Source: Bacteroidales bacterium (GTDB taxonomy: Bacteria > Bacteroidota > Bacteroidia > Bacteroidales > VadinHA17). From it: a stretch of 64,000 nt of DNA. This document shows, piece after piece, positions 1 through 8,571 of the stretch. Position 1 is the first letter of the stretch. Each line of letters begins with the position of its first letter. Made by a program: the position numbers and the translations under genes. The notes beneath the pieces are model-generated. The model saw only the letters and a list, made by a program, of their open reading frames with translations. It did not search any database and was not told where the DNA came from. Where the stretch lies: contig JAGGWN010000016.1 in assembly GCA_021157415.1 (NCBI GenBank), positions 35,833 to 99,832 of the forward strand, written 5' to 3'.

Positions 1-14
1 ACATGCATGCGTTC

Positions 15-3000
15 CTACCATCCCGGCAGAAAGTTGACACCGAAATATCCGCCGGACACCCTTTCGCCGATGATGGGCCAGGCATAGAAAGGCTCCACCA
101 CCATGGCCCCCATGACATTGATCCTTGCGGATACGCCGGTGCTGAAAAGGGGTACTCTGTTTTTGGGGTCGAAGTCTTCATAATTCAGGGAGAAACGGTC
201 TCCTGTGTTCCATGTAAGTCCTCCGTCAAAAAACCCGGTCAGCTCGGTATAGAAATATTTGGTTTTGATCAGACCCAGACGCGCAGGACCGATAAATGGC
301 AGACGGACCTCGGCATTAGCAATTGCCATTTGGTTCCCATAGAGCTGTCTCAGGATAAAGTTGGCTTTCTCCATAGACATATTGTCAAATACCTTATAGC
401 TGTCATACCCGTGCATATACCACGGATAACCGAGGGACAGGGGATTGATGTAATAGTTGTCATTGTGGATATAGTGTCTGCCTATGTACATTCCCCGTAC
501 GGCCACCGTTAAAGGGTGCAGATAAAAGTATTTCCGGTAATCGCCGAGCAGGGAGAGGTAGTTGTAACTGCCAAAAAACTTATTCACTTCAAAGCGGGCT
601 CTGGATCCCCGCATGGGAGAGGCCAGCCCGTTGATGGAGTTATCCAGCACAAAGGCGGCATTTAGTGTCTGCATCTGCATGCCCTTGGGAACAGGGAGTT
701 TTTTCCGGGACTGCCCCAGAAAAGTACCGAATACCGGATCGTAATAGTTGTTGTATTCGTCCAGCCTGTAATAATAAAACGCCTGTGAGGCCCCGAACTC
801 GAAACGTTGTGTAGTGGACAGCGGGAAATAAGCAAACAGGGAAACCTCGTCCTGAAAGATACGTAACATGTCATACACCAGATTATCCACAGGAATTTCT
901 TCATTGCCTGACATGATGGTATCCGGTTTGACGTATGTGTATCCGTTAAGGTAGGGGATGTGGGATATGCTGGCGCCCCAGGAAAGACGGTTTTTTTGAT
1001 TAACATAGGTTACCTGACCTCCGAAGTCATAGATTTGGCCGTTCAGGGCCAGGGAGGTGAACAGCTGCTGGGTGCCGGCGATGTCGCCGAAAATGGCAAA
1101 TACACTCCCGGACATACCCCGTGTAAAACTATTGGTGGAGATGCCTGCCTGTACGTTGGAAATATAGTCCAGTTTAAACCGCCCCTTGTAAGGCTTTTTC
1201 ATGTAATCTTCCGGGTGTATCTCCGTCAGTGCCTGCCGGTCATTTCTTCCCCTGTCGGCATAATCCACACCCAGTCGTTTTACGGGTGGAAGAATCGCCG
1301 CCCTGAAATCCAGGGAGTCGCGCGGCACCTCAACGGCAGGGAAGTCAGTAACCCGCGCTTTATAAATTGCATATTTTCCATCGGAAAAGTATGAGTAAAC
1401 CAGTTCATTGTCTTCTCTGGAGATGCTGACCGCCGGAGAATACTGGGTGATCCCGGTAATGCCTATCTCGTAGTGTGTGAGTTGGTAAACTTTGCCTGTG
1501 TACAGGTCGTAACGGTACAGGTTCCGGAAACCATCGCGGTCGGAGAGGAAAAAGACAGACTGATCATCTGCGGAAAACAGGGGATTCAGGTTGTCGGCGC
1601 CGGGGAATACCGGGAGTATTTTCACCTCTTTGGTTTTCATGTCAATGATGGCCAGATTGGTGTGGAAGTAAGGTTTGTCGGTGGGCTTTTCCGTCCTGTC
1701 GGTGGACGTCAGCAGATAACGTCCGTCATGGGACCAGTAGGGCTGAAGATAGGAGTAACGATCGTCGGTAACTTTATGTACTTCATCGTTATCCAAAAAA
1801 TATTGATACAGGTTGGTTGTTCCCTGCACCATACCGACTACGACAATGCTTTGACCGTCTGGCGACCAGGCCGGCTGATAGAATGCAGGAACTCCGGGGA
1901 TCGTAATCTTATTTACCATTTTGTTCTTTTTTACATCAACGATCACCAGAGCATTCTTTCCTTTGTCATACACGGTGAAGGCAAAATACCGGCTGTCCGG
2001 CGACCAGGTACCGGCCGACTCCAGGTTATTCATAGCATCTATTTCATGGTGCTGAATGGTGGCGGAAATTCTTTTTTTGATCTTTTTCTTTTGGATATCC
2101 GCAAGGAAAAGATCAAAGGAGATCACATCTTTTTCCGACAGAAAGATCAGGTGTTTTCCATCAGGGCTCAGGGAAGGGGAGACATTAACATCCCCTGCAT
2201 TGCCGGGAAAAGCAACGGGCTCCCCGGTGAGTTTCTCAACCGAATCGGGGAGAAACTGTTTATAATATAAGGTGTAGGCGCTTTTCCACATTCCTTCCAC
2301 GATTCCGACATCTACCCCCAGGACATCCTTGAAAGCCTGCTCATACCCTACCTGGGCTGTCCGGACGAACAGCGGATAGATCATGTCGTCGCCCCACGTC
2401 TTTCCGATAAATGCCCAGAAAGCCTGTCCCCAGCGGTAGGGAAAATACCGGGGATCACGGTCAAGATCTTTGAAGGTGGGGAACCTATTATGGAGTACGG
2501 CATCTCTCATCCACATGGCAGTATTTTCATCCAGACTCCCGATAGAGAGATATTCGGCCATGCCTTCTACCATCCATAAGGGGAGGTTGTTTAATGAACT
2601 CATATTGGTCGAGTCGCCATTCAGGATAATCGTATATTGAAAAGCATGTACCATTTCGTGTCCCAGCACATGGTCTGTCTGTGCATAGATAGGGGCGACA
2701 GGCATGACAATCCGGTTCCTAAGCACTTCGGTGACGCCACCCGTTCCGATCCCTATTTCTCCGGAGATGGCGGTGGTCTGCTGAAAATCTGCATGGTTAT
2801 TATAAACAAATAACGGATTGTGTCCTTTCAGATTCATTCCGAAAACGGGATAATGCCGGCGATACCATTCCTCACTCATTCGTGCCAACTGATTGAGAAC
2901 GGAATCGTTTTTGAGATAATAATAGATATCAAAATGGGGCGTTTCATAAACCTTATAATTGAATTTTTTATAATAAGGCTTATTCCTTCCGAAGTATTGG

Positions 3001-3098
3001 GCCGTTCCGGTGGATGATGAAAGCAGAAAAAGGAAAACTACAAAAACAAAAAATCTTCCTCTTTCCTGATATTTTGTCAGTGTATAATGTTTTTTCAT
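15..3098 (-). CDS. Outer-membrane protein: HExxH (MA-clan-like) peptidase domain + PD40/TolB-type beta-propeller repeats + C-terminal Omp85-like beta-barrel
   Basis: ORF 15..3140. The likely ATG is at 3098 (MKKHYTL... followed by the hydrophobic signal FFVFVVFLFLLSSSTGTAQ). HEMVH is followed downstream by EGMAEY. PD40-like motifs recur (SPSLSPDGKHLIF, WSPDSRYFAF, WSPDGQSIVV, WSHDGRYLL). The C-terminal third is beta-strand-rich and ends ...GVNFLPGW, an aromatic OMP terminus. Confidence 0.8.
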   Translation of the reverse strand: MKKHYTLTKYQERGRFFVFVVFLFLLSSSTGTAQYFGRNKPYYKKFNYKVYETPHFDIYYYLKNDSVLNQLARMSEEWYRRHYPVFGMNLKGHNPLFVYNNHADFQQTTAISGEIGIGTGGVTEVLRNRIVMPVAPIYAQTDHVLGHEMVHAFQYTIILNGDSTNMSSLNNLPLWMVEGMAEYLSIGSLDENTAMWMRDAVLHNRFPTFKDLDRDPRYFPYRWGQAFWAFIGKTWGDDMIYPLFVRTAQVGYEQAFKDVLGVDVGIVEGMWKSAYTLYYKQFLPDSVEKLTGEPVAFPGNAGDVNVSPSLSPDGKHLIFLSEKDVISFDLFLADIQKKKIKKRISATIQHHEIDAMNNLESAGTWSPDSRYFAFTVYDKGKNALVIVDVKKNKMVNKITIPGVPAFYQPAWSPDGQSIVVVGMVQGTTNLYQYFLDNDEVHKVTDDRYSYLQPYWSHDGRYLLTSTDRTEKPTDKPYFHTNLAIIDMKTKEVKILPVFPGADNLNPLFSADDQSVFFLSDRDGFRNLYRYDLYTGKVYQLTHYEIGITGITQYSPAVSISREDNELVYSYFSDGKYAIYKARVTDFPAVEVPRDSLDFRAAILPPVKRLGVDYADRGRNDRQALTEIHPEDYMKKPYKGRFKLDYISNVQAGISTNSFTRGMSGSVFAIFGDIAGTQQLFTSLALNGQIYDFGGQVTYVNQKNRLSWGASISHIPYLNGYTYVKPDTIMSGNEEIPVDNLVYDMLRIFQDEVSLFAYFPLSTTQRFEFGASQAFYYYRLDEYNNYYDPVFGTFLGQSRKKLPVPKGMQMQTLNAAFVLDNSINGLASPMRGSRARFEVNKFFGSYNYLSLLGDYRKYFYLHPLTVAVRGMYIGRHYIHNDNYYINPLSLGYPWYMHGYDSYKVFDNMSMEKANFILRQLYGNQMAIANAEVRLPFIGPARLGLIKTKYFYTELTGFFDGGLTWNTGDRFSLNYEDFDPKNRVPLFSTGVSARINVMGAMVVEPFYAWPIIGERVSGGYFGVNFLPGW

Positions 3099-3396
3099 GA
3101 TCTTAATACTCCTTTTTCTTTTATTATATATTAAAATCAATTCGCAAAAACATTTTCAATTAACGTACCAAAGTATGGGGAAAGAGTAAGTTTTTAACTT
3201 TTTTAACATTAGGGGGGTGAAGATATCTTCCGGGACAGAAAAGACCGGGTGGCTCCTGACGGAACCATGATCCACGCTCCGGAACGCGAAGGCAACAACG
3301 CCATGATGATCCCCCGGCGGCTTGCAGCGGGGAGATTTATTGTCCCTGCAGGATTGTCCCCGGAACAATAAACCGGAACGATAAAACAGAAAATAT

Positions 3397-4764
3397 CTAA
3401 AACAAAAAGTTTAGCCCAATATAGATTCCGGAAGTTCCGTCCTGTTCATTCAGGGCTATCCCGTAATCACATGCAATGATGAAATTCTCATTCATGGCAA
3501 TATGCAATCCCAGACCCACACTGTTGTGTAGTTTTTCTTTTTTTCCGGAAAAATAATCGGAGATTTCCTCATCCGGGTTAGGGATGACATGGCTGATATC
3601 CACCGGAACTTTCTGAACCACCATGCCCCAGTCCCAGAAAGAGCTAAGGGCAAAATACCAGTTTTGATTGATGAATCGTGTCCGGATGAATTTCCAGCGG
3701 AATTCGGCATTACCGTATATAATCCCTTTGCCCACAACCCGGTCACGGAGAATCCCCCGCAGGGTTTTGGAACCACCCAGTCCTTCAGAATAGGCTCCTT
3801 TCATGAAAGATGTCATGACCAGAGGGTAGGAATAAAAGGGTGCTTTTCCGTAGAGCATACCTTGGTAAGCAGCTCTGTAAGCAAAAGAGAGTCTGTGTTT
3901 TATCAGGGTGAAATACTGCCGGTGGATAAGAGCAAATTTGGCATGCCCGTAATCGCCGTTTCCCAGGAAAGAGGGTGCAAACTGTATGGTAGCCTCCGTC
4001 CATATGCCTTTCATCGGGTTTGGTTCGTTATCCCGGCTGTCATAAGTGATACCGCCTTTCAGATAGTTTATCCATCCTCCGTCTTTTTCATCCTGTTTGA
4101 TAATGCCCCAGTCAACATATTTATCATATAATCCTTTTATATCCGGAAGTTGTTTCTCCGGGGCTTTCCCTTTGTTCAGCCTGTCAATGTCCACAGGGCC
4201 GGTTTTGAAGTGATATACGGTAAAACCTGCTACCCACCCGAAATCGGTGGACCCGAATTTTTGCTGCAGATCCATCTTGATCCGTAACATCTTTCGGCCA
4301 TAGGCATAAAACACGCGCGAATGGTAGTCCGTTGTGTCCTGGTCGTCCACCCAACCCGGGTTAAATACCGTTTCATATCCGTTGAAACCAAAAAAATTCT
4401 GTTTCTGGTCCGTCAAGTAGCTTAAATCCAATGTGGTCCGGATGCCCTTCAGCAGACGATCCGAGTCATAGAAAAAACGATTGATCCCGCTTCCCTTGGT
4501 AAAACGGGAAATCTCAAAATAGAGGGAATGATCGTACCGGGGATACCTGCTCCCGTTTCCATAATTATATAAATTGATCAGACCTCCGTATTGAAATCCC
4601 AGATCCGAGTCGAAAGTGATGGTGGGCAACGCTCCGAAATTCCAGCCGGTTTTGATACTCTCTTCATTGGCAGAGGTTTCGTTTTCGGTTTTCTTTTCTG
4701 ACTGGCTATAAACGGACAGTCCTGTAAGCAGCAGAAACACGAGGGAAAAGATGATTTGTCGCAT
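3397..4764 (-). CDS. BamA/Omp85-family (bacterial surface antigen) beta-barrel protein without recognisable POTRA domains
   Basis: ORF 3397..4941. An internal ATG at 4764 gives MRQIIFSLVFLLLTGLSVYSQ, a classic signal peptide. Alternating beta-barrel-like sequence ends ...GIYIGLNFLF. The 59-codon upstream extension has no signal peptide and would run into the divergent hutI promoter. Confidence 0.75.
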   Translation of the reverse strand: MRQIIFSLVFLLLTGLSVYSQSEKKTENETSANEESIKTGWNFGALPTITFDSDLGFQYGGLINLYNYGNGSRYPRYDHSLYFEISRFTKGSGINRFFYDSDRLLKGIRTTLDLSYLTDQKQNFFGFNGYETVFNPGWVDDQDTTDYHSRVFYAYGRKMLRIKMDLQQKFGSTDFGWVAGFTVYHFKTGPVDIDRLNKGKAPEKQLPDIKGLYDKYVDWGIIKQDEKDGGWINYLKGGITYDSRDNEPNPMKGIWTEATIQFAPSFLGNGDYGHAKFALIHRQYFTLIKHRLSFAYRAAYQGMLYGKAPFYSYPLVMTSFMKGAYSEGLGGSKTLRGILRDRVVGKGIIYGNAEFRWKFIRTRFINQNWYFALSSFWDWGMVVQKVPVDISHVIPNPDEEISDYFSGKKEKLHNSVGLGLHIAMNENFIIACDYGIALNEQDGTSGIYIGLNFLF

Positions 4765-4887
4765 GGATGTCAGGTTTTGGGGTGTTAGGATTGAATGCAA
4801 ATGTTGGAAAAATCGCAGAATTATCAAAAAAATGTTTTTTGCCGGGAAAGGCAGTTTTCTTATTTTAGCGCTTAAATAAAGGGAAAG

Positions 4888-6120
4888 ATGCTTATAAAAA
4901 ACATAAAACAACTGCTGGTGACCGGTTATGAGGGAAAGCAAAAACTTTCCGGGGAGGATATGTCCCGTTTAATATTTCTGGAGAATGCCTGGTTGCTGAT
5001 AAAGGACAATCAAATAGCGGGATACGGTAAAATGAGGGACCGGGAGGCTTCTTTTGCTGGCGGTGAGGTGCTGGATGCTTCGGGAAGGATCGTCATGCCG
5101 GCTTTCTGTGATTCTCATACTCACCTGGTATATGCCGGGAGCCGCGAAAAAGAATACCGGGATAAGGTGATGGGCTTGTCTTATGAAGAGATAGCCCGCC
5201 GGGGCGGAGGGATTCTGAACTCGGCCCGCCTGTTACATGAGACTTCGGAGGAGGCGTTGTATGACCAGTCCCTGACCAGGATCGAAGAGATCATATCACA
5301 GGGTACCGGGGCCGTGGAGATTAAAAGCGGCTACGGTTTGAACACGGAGGATGAATTGAAAATGCTACGCGTCATACGCCGCATACGCGAACACACCCCG
5401 CTTACTGTTCGTGCCACCTTCCTCGGGGCCCATGCATTCCCGAAGGAATACCGTAACGACCGGGAAGGTTATGTGAACCTGATCATCCATGAGATGATCC
5501 CCCGTGTTGCGGGAGAAGACCTGGCCGATTTTATTGATGTTTTCTGCGACCGGGGTTTCTTTACCCCGGAACAGACCGACAGGATCCTGCTGGCAGGGAT
5601 GAAATACGGGTTGCGAGCCAAGATCCATGCCAATGAACTGGATTTCTCAGGAGGAATACAGACGGGGGTGAAGTATGACGCTCTTTCAGTGGATCACCTG
5701 GAGTATGTGGACCGGGAGGAGATAAAATTGCTGGAAGATTCGGATACCATGCCGACCGTCTTGCCCGGGGCTTCTTTTTTTCTGGGACTGAATGATGCAC
5801 CCGCCCGGAAAATAATTGATGCGGGCTTGCCGCTGGCCATAGCTTCTGATTTTAACCCGGGCTCATCCCCGTCAGGGAATATGTTCCTGATGATGTCCCT
5901 CGGCATGATCCGGCTCAGACTCCTGCCCGAAGAGGTGATCCATGCCGCTACCCTGAACGGGGCGTATGCTATGGGGGTGGAGGATGAACTGGGGAGTATC
6001 ACGGTCGGAAAAAAGGCCAACCTGATCATTACCAAACCGGTGCCGGGATATGAGTATTTGCCGTATGCGTTTGGGAGTGATCTGGTGGAGAAGGTGATAT
6101 TAAATGGTAAAGAAATTTAG
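4888..6120 (+). CDS. hutI: Imidazolonepropionase
   Basis: 410 aa. Amidohydrolase metal motif DSHTHLVYAGSR, plus KIHANEL, DHLEY and ASDFNPGSSP. Overall collinear with HutI. Confidence 0.9.
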   Translation: MLIKNIKQLLVTGYEGKQKLSGEDMSRLIFLENAWLLIKDNQIAGYGKMRDREASFAGGEVLDASGRIVMPAFCDSHTHLVYAGSREKEYRDKVMGLSYEEIARRGGGILNSARLLHETSEEALYDQSLTRIEEIISQGTGAVEIKSGYGLNTEDELKMLRVIRRIREHTPLTVRATFLGAHAFPKEYRNDREGYVNLIIHEMIPRVAGEDLADFIDVFCDRGFFTPEQTDRILLAGMKYGLRAKIHANELDFSGGIQTGVKYDALSVDHLEYVDREEIKLLEDSDTMPTVLPGASFFLGLNDAPARKIIDAGLPLAIASDFNPGSSPSGNMFLMMSLGMIRLRLLPEEVIHAATLNGAYAMGVEDELGSITVGKKANLIITKPVPGYEYLPYAFGSDLVEKVILNGKEI

Positions 6121-6338
6121 TTGTAATTAAGTGGAAATTAGTTAAAATTAGGTAGAAATTAGTTGAAATTAAGTTGAAATTAGCAGGCTGACGCCTGCGA
6201 AATTAGGTAGAAATTAGCAGGCTGACGCCTGTGAAATGAGGTGGAAATTAAGTGGAAATTTAGTTGAAATTAGTTGTAATTAAGTGAAAATTAACATGTT
6301 GATGCCTGAAAAATTAGGTAGAAATTAGGTGGAAATTT
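6107..6338. repeat. Array of about 17 degenerate 10-11-bp units (consensus GTNGAAATTAR) interrupted by three CAGGCTGACGCCTG-type hairpins
   Basis: Read directly: ...gaaatttag ttgtaattaa gtggaaattag ttaaaattag gtagaaattag ttgaaattaa gttgaaattag CAGGCTGACGCCTGC gaaattag gtagaaattag CAGGCTGACGCCTGT gaaatgag gtggaaattaa gtggaaattta gttgaaattag ttgtaattaa gtgaaaattaa CATGTTGATGCCTGA aaaattag gtagaaattag gtggaaattt. Stop codons occur in all frames. Confidence 0.9.
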
Positions 6339-6358
6339 GATCATAGAATTTGTTAAAT

Positions 6359-6742
6359 ATGAAACTTGAAGATTTGGAGGTTTATAAGTTATCTATGGAT
6401 TTGGGAGAAAGAGTATGGTCTTTTGTAAAAAAATGGGATTACTTTGCTAAAGATACCATAGGGAAACAACTGTTGAGAGCCGTGGATTCGGTAGCAGCTA
6501 ACCTTAGTGAAGGGTTTGGGAGATTTCATTACAGAGAAAAGAAACATTTCAGTTACTATTCCAGAGGATCTCTTTATGAAACGCGAACATGGCTGACAAA
6601 GGCACATAATAGGAATTTATTAAATCATGATGATTATGATTATTTTATGAAAAATATTGATATTATTGGTGTTAAGTTAAATAATTATATAACAGCAACA
6701 GGGAGTAACGAAGTTCATGACGATCCGGAAGATTATAATTAA
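6359..6742 (+). CDS. Four-helix-bundle protein of the '23S rRNA intervening-sequence protein'/Avd family
   Basis: ORF 6350..6742 starts at TTG; the ATG at 6359 gives MKLEDLEVYKLSMDLGERVWSFVKKW...AKDTIGKQLLRAVDSVAANLSEGFGRFHYREKKHFSYYSRGSLYETRTWL, the typical signature of this family. AT-rich compared with the flanking genes. Confidence 0.8.
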   Translation: MKLEDLEVYKLSMDLGERVWSFVKKWDYFAKDTIGKQLLRAVDSVAANLSEGFGRFHYREKKHFSYYSRGSLYETRTWLTKAHNRNLLNHDDYDYFMKNIDIIGVKLNNYITATGSNEVHDDPEDYN

Positions 6743-6748
6743 CAACTT

Positions 6749-6841
6749 AATTTCGCAACCGAAGGTTGCAAATTTCGTTCTGAGCAAAGCGAAGAACCAA
6801 TTTTAACTCATTTCACAATCAAGGTTGCAGGTAATTAGGTA
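6749..6841. repeat. Post-gene hairpin (aattt-c-GCAACC gaa GGTTGC-aaatt), a degenerate second copy (cacaatcaaggttgca), and a further GTAATTAGGTA unit of the upstream array
   Basis: 6755..6769 is gcaacc-gaa-ggttgc, with flanking aattt/aaatt extending the stem. 6814..6829 matches 6754..6769 at 13 of 16 positions. 6831..6841 (gtaattaggta) resembles the upstream unit g[at]aattaggt[ag]. Confidence 0.7.
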
Positions 6842-6882
6842 TAAAGTTATAAAGTAACTTATCAGAAAAATAAATATAAAAA

Positions 6883-8571
6883 ATGTCAAAAAAAATCCTC
6901 GAATGCGTCCCCAACTTCAGTGAAGGCAGGGATATGAACAAGATAAAACAGATCACTTCGGTAATAGAGCAGATGGAAGGAGTGCGTCTGCTGGATGTAG
7001 ACCCGGGAAAGGCTACGAACAGGACCGTAGTAACTTTTGCGGGAGATCCCGATGCGGTGATAGAAGCGGCTTTCAGGGCCGTAAAAAAAGCGGCCGAAGT
7101 ACTGGATATGCGCACACATCATGGCGAGCATCCCCGTATGGGGGCTACAGATGTATGTCCTCTGGTGCCGGTTTCCAACATTACCATGGAAGAAACTGTT
7201 GAATATGCGAGGAAACTGGCCCAAAGAATAGGCGAAGAACTAAAGATCCCGGTATATTGTTACGAATATGCAGCCTTTACCGATGAGCGGCGTAATCTGG
7301 CAGTGATACGGGCAGGTGAATATGAGGGATTGAAAGAGAAGTTGTCCGATCCGCACTGGAAGCCCGATTTCGGTCCGGCAGCGTTTAATCCCGTTGCCGG
7401 GGCCACCGCCGTGGGCGCCCGCGATTTCCTCGTGGCCTACAATATTAATTTAAATACAACCTCTACACGGCGTGCCAATGCTGTGGCTTTTGATGTGAGG
7501 GAGCGGGGTCGTGTGAAGAGGGAAGGGGACTCTGTCACCGGGAAGATTGTAAAAGATAAGGACGGAAACCCCGTGATGATTCCGGGGAGTCTGAAAAGTG
7601 TCAAAGCGATAGGCTGGTATATTGAAGAATACGGCATCTCCCAGATCTCTATGAACCTGACCAACCTGTCGGTGACGCCCCTGCATATCGCTTTTGACGA
7701 AGTGTGCCGCAGGGCGGAAGCCCGCGGATTGCGGGTGACAGGATCGGAACTGGTGGGGCTTGTGCCCCTGAAAGTAATGATTGAGGCAGGGAAGTATTTC
7801 CTGAGAAAACAAAAACGTTCGCTGGGGGTTCCCGACAGCGAACTGATTCGTATCGCTGTGAAGACGCTTGGTCTAAACGAATTATATCCGTTTAGACCGG
7901 AAGAAAAAATCATTGAGTATGTGCTGGCAGGAAAACCGAAAAATAGACTCATAGACAGGACGTTGGAAGACTTTATGAATGAAACGGCTTCTGAATCACC
8001 GGCTCCCGGAGGTGGTTCCGTGGCGGCATATATAGGAGCCCTGGGAACAGCGCTGGGTACCATGGTGGCCAACCTCTCAAGCCACAAACGCGGCTGGGAT
8101 GACCGCTGGGAAGAGTTCTCCGTATGGGCGGAAAAAGGAAAGGAAATACAGAACCGGTTGCTAAAACTTGTAGATGAGGATACGGCTGCCTTCAACAGAA
8201 TCATGGAAGCCTATGGTTTGCCCCAAAAAAGTGACGAAGAGAAAGAAAACCGGACCAGGGCTATTCAGGAAGCTACCTGGCATGCCATGAACATTCCTTT
8301 CCAGGTGATGGAAACGGCCTATCGTGCTCTGGAAGTGATAGGGGCTATGGCGGAAAAGGGGAACCCAAACTCCATATCCGATGCAGGCGTGGGGGCTCTG
8401 GCTATACGGGCTGCAGTAGAAGGTGCATATATGAATGTTCGGATCAATGCCTCGGGGGTGAAGAAAGAGCCGGATGCTAAAATACTACTGGAAAAAGGAG
8501 GGGCTATTATGGATGAAACACAACAAGTCTGTGGGAAAATCATGAAAAAAGTATTTGAAAAATTGAAATAG
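6883..8571 (+). CDS. ftcD: Bifunctional glutamate formimidoyltransferase / formimidoyltetrahydrofolate cyclodeaminase
   Basis: 562 aa. The N-terminus ILECVPNFSEGRD is diagnostic of formiminotransferase. A C-terminal helical domain of about 200 aa fits the cyclodeaminase. Sits in hut context with hutI. Confidence 0.85.
   Translation: MSKKILECVPNFSEGRDMNKIKQITSVIEQMEGVRLLDVDPGKATNRTVVTFAGDPDAVIEAAFRAVKKAAEVLDMRTHHGEHPRMGATDVCPLVPVSNITMEETVEYARKLAQRIGEELKIPVYCYEYAAFTDERRNLAVIRAGEYEGLKEKLSDPHWKPDFGPAAFNPVAGATAVGARDFLVAYNINLNTTSTRRANAVAFDVRERGRVKREGDSVTGKIVKDKDGNPVMIPGSLKSVKAIGWYIEEYGISQISMNLTNLSVTPLHIAFDEVCRRAEARGLRVTGSELVGLVPLKVMIEAGKYFLRKQKRSLGVPDSELIRIAVKTLGLNELYPFRPEEKIIEYVLAGKPKNRLIDRTLEDFMNETASESPAPGGGSVAAYIGALGTALGTMVANLSSHKRGWDDRWEEFSVWAEKGKEIQNRLLKLVDEDTAAFNRIMEAYGLPQKSDEEKENRTRAIQEATWHAMNIPFQVMETAYRALEVIGAMAEKGNPNSISDAGVGALAIRAAVEGAYMNVRINASGVKKEPDAKILLEKGGAIMDETQQVCGKIMKKVFEKLK

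Noticed and set aside
1473-2270. Long antisense or shadow ORFs. Examples: 1473..2270, 7437..8204, 18199..18756, 20067..20735, 31846..32643, 33845..34420, 42518..43045, 44477..45109, 48698..49456, 50045..50659, 53275..53817, 54012..54548
   Set aside because: Each lies wholly inside, and opposite to, a gene with strong motif support. Their translations are low-complexity or Arg/Gly/His-rich with no motifs. They are typical mirror-frame ORFs.
3156-3368. 70-aa ORF in the gap between the two barrel genes
   Set aside because: It has no recognisable motif, a Pro/Arg/His-rich composition typical of a random frame through GC-rich DNA, and no plausible start context.
3205-3372. SRP (4.5S) RNA, because of G-run/C-run ends and a tccggaa...gaaggcaac segment
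   Set aside because: The conserved helix-8 pattern (paired arms around a GGAA tetraloop with the AGCA/GGAA internal loops) cannot be built from this sequence. The resemblance is superficial.
6107-6338. Possible CRISPR array, suggested by the regular short repeats
   Set aside because: The units are only 10-11 bp and abut each other with no unique spacers. No cas genes are in the window. The array is a degenerate satellite-like feature, not a CRISPR array.
6359-6742. Diversity-generating retroelement, because the gene belongs to the Avd family
   Set aside because: No reverse transcriptase ORF is anywhere in the 64 kb. I saw no template/variable repeat pair with adenine-specific mismatches. 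The gene therefore stands alone here.
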